The position numbers and the translations under genes are program-made. Shown piece by piece: positions 7,715-16,921 of a DNA stretch of 64,000 bases. The notes under the pieces were generated by a model. The model worked only from the letters and a program-made list of their open reading frames with translations, had not been told where the DNA came from and searched no databases. Source of the stretch: Candidatus Latescibacterota bacterium (GTDB lineage Bacteria > Latescibacterota > UBA2968); the NCBI GenBank assembly GCA_965204375.1, contig OZ241986.1, positions 4,032,001 to 4,096,000 of the forward strand, in the 5' to 3' direction. Position 1 is the first letter of the stretch, and the number at the start of each line of letters is the position of its first letter.

Positions 7715-10597
7715 ATGGAAACAAAAAGCATCGTCGTAAAAGGTGCGCGAGTACACAACTTGCAAAATATAGATCTGACATTGCCCCGACACGCGCTAAT
7801 ATGTTTTACCGGCGTATCCGGTTCGGGCAAGTCATCAATGGCTTTTGATACCATCTATGCCGAAGGCCAGCGGCGTTATGTGGAATCCCTATCTGCGTAT
7901 GCGCGTCAATTTTTGGGACAAATGGAAAAACCCGAAGTCGATCAAATTACGGGATTATCGCCAACGATTTCCATCGAACAAAAGACCGCAGGACGCAATC
8001 CCCGCTCAACCGTGGGCACAATAACCGAAATCTACGACTATTTGCGCGTGTTATTTGCGCGAATTGGCACCCCCCATTGCGTACATGACGGCACGCCAAT
8101 TGGGGCGCAAACGCGCGACGGGATCGTAGATCAAATCATGGCACTGGGTGAAGGCACGCGCATTCATATTCTCTCTTCTCTCGTACAGGGGAGAAAAGGA
8201 GAGTATCACGACCTGTTTGAAAATTTGCAAAAAGAGGGATATATCCGCGCGCGTGTGGATGGACAGATCACAACATTGACCCAGACCCCGAAATTGGAAC
8301 GCTACAAAAGACACGATATCGAAGTCGTCATCGATCGGGTTATCGCAAAAAAAACAATGCGAGGGCGCATAGGCGAAGCCGTCGATGCCGGTCTCATAAT
8401 GGGCAAAGGGGCGATCATTGTCAGCGCAGAAGGCGAGGATGATCTGCTGCTGAGCACGCACTTTTCCTGTCCCACCTGTGGACGCAGCGCGCAGGAACCT
8501 GTACCGCAACTGTTCTCATTCAACAGCCCACAGGGCATGTGCCCCGGCTGCCGCGGATTGGGCACGCGCTATGCAATGGATCTGGCAAAAGTCGTCCCCA
8601 ATCCCGAATTATCCGTACAGGAAGGCGCGATTGCGCCGCTGGGCGTACCCAAAAACCGGTGGAAATCTCACTATTACGCAGGCGTGTTGAAGCGCCATGG
8701 CGCAGACTTGCAAACGCCCTGGAAATTCATCTCGCCAGAGGGCAAACGGGCATTATTATACGGCATAGACGGCAAAATGACCTTTGAATGGCGCCGCAGC
8801 AACGGCAGCATAAAACGCCACCGCGATGGATTTGAAGGTATCCTGCCCCCAATGGAGCGGCAATTTGCCGAAGGGCAGAGCACCATAGTACGCAAACGCC
8901 TCGCACCATTCATGCGCGAGGGTATATGTCCCGCCTGCGAAGGCACCCGCTTAAAACCCGAAGCCCTCTCCGTCAAAATCGAAGGACACACGCTACCCGA
9001 TGTCACGGCGATGACAGTCGATCGCGCACATGCCTTTTTTCAGAGCCTCAAATTGACCGAGACCCAGGCGCGAATCGCCGAAGACGCGCTCAAAGAAATT
9101 CGCGGACGACTGAAATTTCTCCTCGATGTGGGTCTCGACTATCTCACACTCAATCGCACGGCACCGACACTATCGGGCGGCGAGGCGCAACGCATTCGCC
9201 TCGCCAGCCAGATTGGGTCTGGATTGGTAGGTGTAACATACGTACTGGACGAACCGTCAATAGGCCTGCACCACCGCGACAATCGGCGTTTGCTCGACGC
9301 CCTGTGCCGCCTGCGGGACGTGGGCAATACTGTAATCGTCGTCGAACACGACGAAGACACCATGCGCCGTGCGGACCGGGTGGTGGATTTTGGACCCGGC
9401 CCCGGGCATCTCGGTGGTCGGGTAGTCGCCCAGGGATCGTGGAAACAGGTAGCGAGAAGAATCCGCTCGGTAACGGGAGCTTATCTCTCGGGAAAAGAAA
9501 AAATTGCCGTACCCCAAAGGCGGCCCGTATCGCATCGCAACTTATGGATTCGGGGCGCATCTCAAAATAATCTCAAAAATATCGACGCAAAAATTCCCGT
9601 CGGCGTATTTACCTGTGTCACGGGCGTATCCGGATCGGGAAAATCATCGCTGGTCGCCGATATCCTCTATCCCGCTCTCGCGCGAGAATTAAACCGCGCA
9701 GAAACGGAAACAGGCGCACACCGCTGCATCGAAGGCATAGACCTCCTGGACAAAGTCATCGAAATCAACCAGCAACCCATCGGGCGCACACCGCGCAGCA
9801 ACGCGGCGACATACACGGGTGTATTTGATCCCATTCGAAAATTATTTGCCGAACTGCCCGAATCAAAGGTACGGGGCTATAAACCCGGACGCTTCAGCTT
9901 TAACGTAAAGGGCGGGCGATGCGAGGCGTGTAAGGGCAATGGCGCAAACCTCGTCGAAATGGACTTCCTCGCCGATGTGTGGGTAACGTGTCCCGTATGT
10001 GAGGGACGGCGTTTTAATCGCGAAACCCTGGACGTGAAGTACAAGGGCAAATCCATTGCCGACGTGCTGGAAATGGAAGTCGAAGAAGCGCATCTGTTTT
10101 TTCAGGCAATCCCCAGCATTCACCGCATTCTCCAAACCCTGGTCGATGTGGGAATGGGATACGTCAAATTGGGCCAGCCCGCGCCAACGCTCTCCGGCGG
10201 CGAAGCACAACGGGTCAAGCTATCAAAAGAACTGTGTCGCAGAAGCACGGGCAAAACCCTGTACATCCTGGACGAACCCACGACGGGCCTGCATTTTGCC
10301 GATATCCAGAATCTCTTGAATGTATTGCATCGGCTCGTAGATATGGGCAATTCCGTGGTGGTTATCGAGCACAACCTGGACGTAATCAAAACCGCGGATT
10401 GGGTCATTGACCTGGGACCTGAAGGCGGCGAAGACGGGGGACTAATTATAGCAGAAGGCACACCCGAACACCTGGCGCAATCTCCCAACTCCCATACAGG
10501 ACACGCGCTTTGCGAAGCGTTGACCCGCACACCACCTGTACCTGCGAAAAACGGTAAGCGAATCGCCAATGGCTACGTGCGGACATTGACGTTGTAG
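7715..10597 (+). CDS. uvrA: Excinuclease ABC subunit A, N-terminal half of a tandem-duplicated UvrA
   Basis: GARVHNL, GVSGSGKSS, EGQRRYVESLS, LSGGEAQR twice, Zn fingers. Confidence 0.93.
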   Translation: METKSIVVKGARVHNLQNIDLTLPRHALICFTGVSGSGKSSMAFDTIYAEGQRRYVESLSAYARQFLGQMEKPEVDQITGLSPTISIEQKTAGRNPRSTVGTITEIYDYLRVLFARIGTPHCVHDGTPIGAQTRDGIVDQIMALGEGTRIHILSSLVQGRKGEYHDLFENLQKEGYIRARVDGQITTLTQTPKLERYKRHDIEVVIDRVIAKKTMRGRIGEAVDAGLIMGKGAIIVSAEGEDDLLLSTHFSCPTCGRSAQEPVPQLFSFNSPQGMCPGCRGLGTRYAMDLAKVVPNPELSVQEGAIAPLGVPKNRWKSHYYAGVLKRHGADLQTPWKFISPEGKRALLYGIDGKMTFEWRRSNGSIKRHRDGFEGILPPMERQFAEGQSTIVRKRLAPFMREGICPACEGTRLKPEALSVKIEGHTLPDVTAMTVDRAHAFFQSLKLTETQARIAEDALKEIRGRLKFLLDVGLDYLTLNRTAPTLSGGEAQRIRLASQIGSGLVGVTYVLDEPSIGLHHRDNRRLLDALCRLRDVGNTVIVVEHDEDTMRRADRVVDFGPGPGHLGGRVVAQGSWKQVARRIRSVTGAYLSGKEKIAVPQRRPVSHRNLWIRGASQNNLKNIDAKIPVGVFTCVTGVSGSGKSSLVADILYPALARELNRAETETGAHRCIEGIDLLDKVIEINQQPIGRTPRSNAATYTGVFDPIRKLFAELPESKVRGYKPGRFSFNVKGGRCEACKGNGANLVEMDFLADVWVTCPVCEGRRFNRETLDVKYKGKSIADVLEMEVEEAHLFFQAIPSIHRILQTLVDVGMGYVKLGQPAPTLSGGEAQRVKLSKELCRRSTGKTLYILDEPTTGLHFADIQNLLNVLHRLVDMGNSVVVIEHNLDVIKTADWVIDLGPEGGEDGGLIIAEGTPEHLAQSPNSHTGHALCEALTRTPPVPAKNGKRIANGYVRTLTL

Positions 10598-13365
10598 GCG
10601 CGCGGGAGAACAATTTGCAAAACGTGGATGTATCCATCCCCCGCGAAAAAATGACCGTGATCTCCGGCGTATCCGGTTCGGGAAAATCTTCCCTGGCACT
10701 CGACACGATTTACGCCGAGGGACAGCGGCGATATGTCGAATCCCTATCCGCTTATGCGCGACAATTTTTGGGACAGATGCCCAAACCAAAGGTCGATCGC
10801 GTGATAGGCTTATCGCCCGCGATTGCCATTGAACAAAAAGCCGCGAGCAAAAACCCGCGCTCAACCGTAGGCACGGTAACAGAGGTTTACGATTATCTGC
10901 GGGCACTCTACGCATTATTGGGCGATACCTATTGTCCAGATTGCGATGTATTAGCGGGCAGCCAGTCCGTACAGGAAATTGTAACACGCGTGCTGAAAAT
11001 GAAACGACGCCTCTACCTTCTCGCACCCGTAGAACTCGGCAAAGGCGAAGATTATACCAGTTTGATCAACCGCTTTCGCCGCAAAGGTTATTTGCGCGGC
11101 AGACTCAACGGCGCAGTTTTTAACCTGTCAAACCCGCCCGAGATCGACTACAGACAAACTCACAGGCTCGAAATCCTGATAGATCGCGTAATCGCAGAAA
11201 AAAAGAACCGCAAACGCATCGCGGATTCCATCGAAATCGCGCTGGACATTTCAGGAGGCATTTTGATCGTCGCATCGCCCGACGACAGCGAAGAGACGCG
11301 ATTTAGCCAGCACCTCTCGTGTCCATCCTGCGGACGCAGTTTCGAGACAATAACCCCCCAGCATCTATCATTCAACAGCTCTGAAGGCTGGTGTTTGTCG
11401 TGCGAAGGGCTGGGAACGCAGCGCGGCATGGGCATTCACACACTGATCCCCGATATTCACAAATCACTGTCCGAAGGCGCAGTACTCGCCTGGGGAAAGG
11501 TAGAATCACACACACAAATAGGCGACATGCTATCCGCCGTCGGCGAAGCTGCGGGCTTTGACCTGCACACCCCTTTCGCGCAGATATCAACGGAAGGACG
11601 ACACGCAATCTTATACGGTCTGGGCACACAGTGGCTAAAAACCTCTAAAAATCTCTCATTCCAATTCAAGGGCTTATTTCCCACAATCGAGACCCTCGTG
11701 CGACAAGCGCCGCGGTTTCGTCGGCTAATGGGTGAATTCATCCAGGATGTGCCGTGTCCGTCCTGCAAGGGAACCCGCCTGAAGCCAGAAAGTACTGCCA
11801 TAAAATTATTCGGCAAAACAATGCCCCAACTGGTGGCAATGCCCATCCGCGAAGTACGCACCTATTTCGACACAATGATTTTGGAAGGGCAGGCGCGCGA
11901 AGCCGCCGCAGAGGTATTGCACGAAATCCAGAGCCGCCTGCGATTTCTCGACGAAGTAGGCCTGGGCTATTTGAACCTGGGACGGCGAGCACCCACGCTA
12001 TCGGGCGGCGAGGCACAGCGCATCCGCCTGGCGAGCCAGATCGGCTCCGGTCTCACCGGGGTCCTCTACGTACTCGACGAACCGACAATTGGCCTGCACC
12101 AGCGCGACAATCACCAGTTATTGGCTGCACTGGCACAACTGCGCGACCTGGGCAACTCGCTCCTCGTTGTCGAACACGACCGCGAGACCCTGAACCGGGC
12201 AGATCACATTCTGGACTTTGGGCCCGGCGCAGGCGTTGAAGGCGGACGTATCGTAGCCGCTGGCAATCCGCGCAAATTAAAAACCAACAACGGCTCAATA
12301 ACCGCGCATTATCTCGCGGGCGATCTGCAAATCGAGATCCCCGATGAGCGGCGAAACCCCGGGCGGGGATCGCTTTGCGTGGTAGGCGCACGGCATAACA
12401 ACTTAAAAAACGTCGATGTATCATTTCCGCTGGGCACCTTGACCTGCGTGACCGGCGTATCGGGATCGGGCAAAAGTTCGCTCGTCAACGACGTACTCTT
12501 CGGCGCACTTGCCGCCCGCGTGAACCGCGCCCAAAAAGCCTGGGGAGAACACGACGAGGTCCTGGGATTGGAACGCATCGACAAAGTGATCAACATCGAC
12601 CAGACACCCATTGGATATTCGCCGCGCAGCAATCCCGCGACTTATGTCAAAGTATTCGACAAAATACGCACCCTGTATGCCAGCTTGCCAGACGCCCAGG
12701 TGCGCGGATTTAAAACCGGGCATTTCAGCTTTAATCACAAGCGCGGGCGGTGCGATGCCTGTGCGGGTTTGGGCGCGCGCCGTATTGAAATGCACTTCCT
12801 GCCCGATGTGTGGGTCACCTGTGAAACCTGTGGCGGAAAGCGCTACAACCGCGATGTCATTGACATAACCTATAAAGGTGCGTCCATTGCCGACGTTCTG
12901 GAAATGACAGTAGCCGAGGCCCTATCGCATTTTACCCATATACCCGGCATCCAGCGCTCACTCCAAACGCTATTTGACGTGGGCCTGGGCTATATCAAAA
13001 TGGGACAGGCATCGACCACGCTCTCCGGCGGCGAAGCCCAGCGCGTAAAATTGGCGCGCGAATTGGCGCGACCGAGCACCGGAAAGACCGTGTATATCCT
13101 CGACGAACCGACGACCGGCCTGCACTTTGCCGACATCCAGAAACTCCTCGACGTACTCAACCGCCTCGTCAACGCGGGCAATACCGCAATCGTAATCGAA
13201 CACAACCTGGACGTAATAAAAACCGCCGACTGGGTCATCGACCTGGGACCAGAAGGCGGAGAAGACGGCGGCGATTTAATTGCTTGCGGAACGCCTGAAG
13301 AAGTGGTATCTGTCACAGCCTCGCACACCGGACGATTTTTGAAAGATGCGTTGGCAGGCTATTGA
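10582..13365 (+). CDS. uvrA: UvrA second half (homology starts DIDVVGARENNL at 10582, in the -1 frame relative to the first half)
   Basis: Complete second UvrA module; no ATG or RBS before its conserved N-terminus; in-frame TAA at 10555 limits upstream extension. Confidence 0.88.
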   Translation, partial: DIDVVGARENNLQNVDVSIPREKMTVISGVSGSGKSSLALDTIYAEGQRRYVESLSAYARQFLGQMPKPKVDRVIGLSPAIAIEQKAASKNPRSTVGTVTEVYDYLRALYALLGDTYCPDCDVLAGSQSVQEIVTRVLKMKRRLYLLAPVELGKGEDYTSLINRFRRKGYLRGRLNGAVFNLSNPPEIDYRQTHRLEILIDRVIAEKKNRKRIADSIEIALDISGGILIVASPDDSEETRFSQHLSCPSCGRSFETITPQHLSFNSSEGWCLSCEGLGTQRGMGIHTLIPDIHKSLSEGAVLAWGKVESHTQIGDMLSAVGEAAGFDLHTPFAQISTEGRHAILYGLGTQWLKTSKNLSFQFKGLFPTIETLVRQAPRFRRLMGEFIQDVPCPSCKGTRLKPESTAIKLFGKTMPQLVAMPIREVRTYFDTMILEGQAREAAAEVLHEIQSRLRFLDEVGLGYLNLGRRAPTLSGGEAQRIRLASQIGSGLTGVLYVLDEPTIGLHQRDNHQLLAALAQLRDLGNSLLVVEHDRETLNRADHILDFGPGAGVEGGRIVAAGNPRKLKTNNGSITAHYLAGDLQIEIPDERRNPGRGSLCVVGARHNNLKNVDVSFPLGTLTCVTGVSGSGKSSLVNDVLFGALAARVNRAQKAWGEHDEVLGLERIDKVINIDQTPIGYSPRSNPATYVKVFDKIRTLYASLPDAQVRGFKTGHFSFNHKRGRCDACAGLGARRIEMHFLPDVWVTCETCGGKRYNRDVIDITYKGASIADVLEMTVAEALSHFTHIPGIQRSLQTLFDVGLGYIKMGQASTTLSGGEAQRVKLARELARPSTGKTVYILDEPTTGLHFADIQKLLDVLNRLVNAGNTAIVIEHNLDVIKTADWVIDLGPEGGEDGGDLIACGTPEEVVSVTASHTGRFLKDALAGY

Positions 13366-13440
13366 ACAGGGTAATGCAGCAAAAAAAGGGGATTATGTAG
13401 CACAGTAGCATGCATAACCCCTCCTTTCTGAGGAAATTGC

Positions 13441-13648
13441 TACACCAATGGCATCGAATCATTCTGGTCGATGATCAAGCGGGGGATTATGGGCGTGTAT
13501 CACAAGGTCAGCCCAAAGCATCTGTGGAGATATGTTGCTGAATTTGTGGCAAAGCAGAATGTGCGGGCCAAAGATACCATTGAGCAGATGAAATGGATCG
13601 TGCAGAGGTTGAAGGGCAGAGGTTGCGATATTGCGACCTGACGGCTTG
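13441..13648 (+). pseudogene. IS1595-family transposase C-terminal remnant
   Basis: YTNGIESFWSMIKRGIMGVYHKVSPKHLWRYVAEF...DTIEQM; N-terminus deleted; frameshift near the end. Confidence 0.85.
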
Positions 13649-13724
13649 ACTTTTATGGGCGATGCGGTACATGCCTTGATGATAATGGTTGGCCTTGTTG
13701 TGCTCGACAAAGTGCCATTTAATT

Positions 13725-14255
13725 TTAAATGGCGGTGATTTCAGTGATGAGTTGTCCGATATGGAGTTCAAAGCCAGCGAGGGGTATCAAGTCGTCAGGT
13801 TTTTTCGTCAGTTTAAAGGTCGCGGAGGAGCCTTTATCCATAGTGACCAAATGTCCTGCATGCCCTTCGACGACATCTCCTTTTCGCCAAGCGTGAAAGA
13901 GGATAATATCAGGGGCGATGCCTAGGCACAGCAATGCTTGATATGGTCTATGGTGTCGGATGTGATTAAACTGGAAGTTTCCACTCACGTCCTCAGTGGC
14001 TGTTTTTATCTCGAAAGTGACGCCTTGGATTTTTGCATCCCAAGGGCCTGTCCGTGTATCTGCTCCGACCCAGTGCAAGTTTAATACTCGGCACCATTTT
14101 TTCACAAAGTCTTGTCCTATCCCACCGATGTGGGTATTGGAAAGGGATTTAATACTGCCGAGCGGGGCATTGATCCACTTCGGGTCATTAGAATAGTCTG
14201 CAATGATTTCTTGCATCAATTCTATTGGATTAGTCATCACAAAATCCTCCATCAA
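13725..14255 (-). CDS. Putative PD-(D/E)xK restriction endonuclease
   Basis: G.IGQDFV...WDAKI...FEIKTATED motif; overlaps the upstream MTase gene. Confidence 0.65.
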   Translation of the reverse strand: MMEDFVMTNPIELMQEIIADYSNDPKWINAPLGSIKSLSNTHIGGIGQDFVKKWCRVLNLHWVGADTRTGPWDAKIQGVTFEIKTATEDVSGNFQFNHIRHHRPYQALLCLGIAPDIILFHAWRKGDVVEGHAGHLVTMDKGSSATFKLTKKPDDLIPLAGFELHIGQLITEITAI

Positions 14256-15249
14256 TTACAGCCTGTCGGATGTGGTACATAGAGATATGCCGGCAGTTAT
14301 GGACAGCGAGGTTGGAGTATTTACGCCAGTCGGTACTTTGGAGCAGCCGGGTAATACGTTTTGGTTCTTTTTTCAGGATGATGCCATACCCACAAGCATA
14401 TTTTACTTGGTCGAAGTCTTGGACAAGGTTTGGTGGGTCGCCATAGTATGTACGTTGCAAGAAGTAGTCGGCTTCATCTAGGCGTGTTTGTCCACAAAGT
14501 CGCTCTTGCCGTGTATCCACCGTGAATAAGTCGATCCAGTCATTGCATGTTTTCTCTGGCGGGATATTGTTGACACCTCGGCGCCATACTTGCCAGAGGG
14601 CATTGAGTTTGACAGGATTTCCGTGATGGTCTACAAAAGCATCGGCAGGCAAAGGTTCAGATAATACAAGTTGTGCCCCTATAACACGGTGTTTAGGACT
14701 TCCCTTGCCATCACTTTGAAATGCCATGGGCAATACAAACCCAATATAGTCTGAGAACTGTGCTGAATGGTTAAGAAAAGCAAGCGCGAGCCATGCACGA
14801 TATCCAAAAGGAGGATTTCCTAAAACAGCATATCGTTGTCCGTCTTTTGGAGGATCCCATGTCAGGTAGTCTTGAGCAATAAACCCAAACCGTGAAGGCA
14901 AAATGTCTATACCAGTTCGTCGCGTCGAAGGCATAAGGTCATAAAATGCACCCATACCTGCCCCAGGGTCTATGAAATGGTAAGATTCAACATCTGCAAA
15001 GTCATCAACCATAAAGGCATATAAGCTATCCCTACATTCGCGCGCAATATCTTTCCGTGTATAGAAACAATCAAGCCCAACACTGCCCGAATCAACCCAG
15101 GACGGAATGAGTGAGCACCCTTCCCAAGCTTGGTTACGTTTATCTTGCGCTTGCTGCATCTTTAGTTCGTCGAAAGGTATATGGAACGAGGGTAAAGTAG
15201 GAAGGGTGGGAAGATCAGAACCCCCATATGAACTGCTCGCTTGTCTCAT
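14230..15249 (-). CDS. N6-adenine DNA methyltransferase (gamma motif order)
   Basis: FYT, motif I IDPGAGMGAF, motif IV GNPPFG; GGAGG RBS before ATG 15249. Confidence 0.85.
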   Translation of the reverse strand: MRQASSSYGGSDLPTLPTLPSFHIPFDELKMQQAQDKRNQAWEGCSLIPSWVDSGSVGLDCFYTRKDIARECRDSLYAFMVDDFADVESYHFIDPGAGMGAFYDLMPSTRRTGIDILPSRFGFIAQDYLTWDPPKDGQRYAVLGNPPFGYRAWLALAFLNHSAQFSDYIGFVLPMAFQSDGKGSPKHRVIGAQLVLSEPLPADAFVDHHGNPVKLNALWQVWRRGVNNIPPEKTCNDWIDLFTVDTRQERLCGQTRLDEADYFLQRTYYGDPPNLVQDFDQVKYACGYGIILKKEPKRITRLLQSTDWRKYSNLAVHNCRHISMYHIRQAVIDGGFCDD

Positions 15250-15413
15250 AATTGTCCTCCTTAATAAAATAGGGCACAATATTATACTACTGTGCCTCGG
15301 CAATGTCAATGGTTGCAAATCTGTGATTATGCTACTCAACTACATAATCCCCAAAAAAGTCCCTACTGCATGTAGAACACCAGCCAGCCATTGAAGAAAA
15401 TCCATAGACCTCC

Positions 15414-15459
15414 TTTTATGGAACAAAAAATAATATATATTATTTTTGTGAAACATAAA
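15414..15459. promoter_or_regulatory. AT-rich palindrome upstream of the Panacea antitoxin (candidate operator)
   Basis: ttatg-gaacaaaaaataatatatattatttttgt-gaaacataa, immediately before the AGGAGG RBS. Confidence 0.4.
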
Positions 15460-15474
15460 TAATAGGAGGTATTT

Positions 15475-16068
15475 ATGTCTAATATGCAGATTCCCCATTT
15501 CAAAGAGCGGAAGGCTACCCAAGTTGCCGCCTTACTGATAAAGCACAATGGCGGTCAAAGCATTGACAAGTACAAACTCCTCAAGCTGATCTACCTTGTC
15601 GATAGAAAGGCATTGGAGCTTTGGGGACACTCTGTAACTTATGATACACCAGCGAATTTTCCGTACGATCCCACTGGTCCCAATCCCAGCCATACGTATG
15701 ACCTTATTGATCCACCAAAGAGAAATCTAAAGGAGACCTCTTCTACCTCCAGCTATTGGTCTCAATTTTTCTCAAACTACGGAGGCACCGTTAGTCTACT
15801 TGGTTTATGTCCGGGTGTAGGGGATCTCTCCCCTGCTGAGATCGGTTTGATCCATGAAATCTTTGAGGAATTTGGACATAAAACTTTTGGAGAATTGAAA
15901 GAATACCTTCAGGCCTTACCCGAGTATAAAGATACAGAAGGATCGCCTGGACCAATAAAATGGGAAACACTCCTTCAGGCCGTAGGCTGGACAGGTGAAG
16001 ACTTAGAAGAAGTAAAAAAAGATCTCACATTTAAAGCGAAATTTGAAACCTTTGTCGGGGCGAGATAA
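15475..16068 (+). CDS. Panacea/SocA (DUF4065) antitoxin
   Basis: F..RKATQVAA.L, KLLKLIYLVDR.AL..WG..VTYD, GP..S..YDLI, LS.AEI..I..I...FG, LPEY. Confidence 0.85.
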   Translation: MSNMQIPHFKERKATQVAALLIKHNGGQSIDKYKLLKLIYLVDRKALELWGHSVTYDTPANFPYDPTGPNPSHTYDLIDPPKRNLKETSSTSSYWSQFFSNYGGTVSLLGLCPGVGDLSPAEIGLIHEIFEEFGHKTFGELKEYLQALPEYKDTEGSPGPIKWETLLQAVGWTGEDLEEVKKDLTFKAKFETFVGAR

Positions 16069-16070
16069 GC

Positions 16071-16466
16071 ATGGGATTAGCGGGCACATGCGCTATTTGC
16101 CCTGATTGGGGAGGCGAGCATTTATGTATATTTCTGACAGACTTTGTAAATGACAAAAGAAGAAAACCAAAAACCATTATTGTGAATGTCACATCATGGA
16201 CTGCAAGAAAAGAATAAACGCTCATACTCTACCCTGGCGAGCATCCTTTTATCATAAAAAAATCAGTCATTGCCTATGATAATGCCCTCTTACTTGCAGA
16301 ATGGCAGGTCGAACATCTCTTATCTAACGGAAAGAAACAGCCACCAGTCTCTGAAGAACTATTGCGGAAAATTGGTGAAGGGCTTCTCAGGTCACCCTTT
16401 ACATTGACAGATGTAAGAGATTTCTACGAACAATATTCTCAGAATATAGACAAGCCTGAAAAATAG
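16071..16466 (+). pseudogene. MazF/PemK-like toxin with in-frame nonsense codon (TAA 16215-16217)
   Basis: Manual translation: MGLAGTCAICPDWGGEHLCIFL...IIVNVTSW..RKE*TLILYPGEHPFIIKKSVIAY...VSEELLRKIGEGLLRSPFT; starts 2 nt after the antitoxin stop. Confidence 0.7.
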
Positions 16467-16484
16467 TCTCTAATACGAAACTAT

Positions 16485-16919
16485 TCAAGGTTTTCCGATC
16501 AACCTCATCCATTTATCTTTTACTGCTGCGAGTATTCTTCGCAGTATCCGCTTCCACCACACCCTCTCTTTCAGCTTTCTCTTTATATCTCGTTCTTTTT
16601 CTTTCCTGTCTCTTATTCTTCCAGCCATTACTTCTTCAGGCGACCAAGCTCTGCACCACTGGGTCCTACTTTCTCGAATTATGTAATGGCTTCCACAGGG
16701 CAATCGCCAATTCCCGACTGATGGCCGTATGCTTACTGTTTCTCCGTCGTACTCAATTCTCCAATCACTACGCCCTAACGGCAGACTTACTTCAGCTTTG
16801 CATCCACATGCACATAAATGCTCTGTTAGCCGGTGTTTTATCGAGATGTATACCTTCCCTCTCTCCATCACTTCCGGCATGTCCTCCACCCATTCTGTTT
16901 CCCATCTCACTGTTCTCAC
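16485..16919 (-). CDS. DUF6527-family protein (Cys/His-rich)
   Basis: HLCACGC...PL...DW....DG..VS..PSVGNW.LPC.SHY.I motif. Confidence 0.8.
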   Translation of the reverse strand: MRTVRWETEWVEDMPEVMERGKVYISIKHRLTEHLCACGCKAEVSLPLGRSDWRIEYDGETVSIRPSVGNWRLPCGSHYIIRESRTQWCRAWSPEEVMAGRIRDRKEKERDIKRKLKERVWWKRILRRILAAVKDKWMRLIGKP

Positions 16920-16921
16920 TT

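Larger units (their letters stand above)
13389..15351. mobile_element. Non-autonomous IS1595-family-derived cassette carrying passenger genes
   Basis: Terminal IRs gggattatgtag-cac-agtagcat and (reverse complement) gggattatgtag-ttg-agtagcat; flanks caaaaaaag / caaaaaag resemble an 8-bp TSD; transposase remnant inside. Confidence 0.8.
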
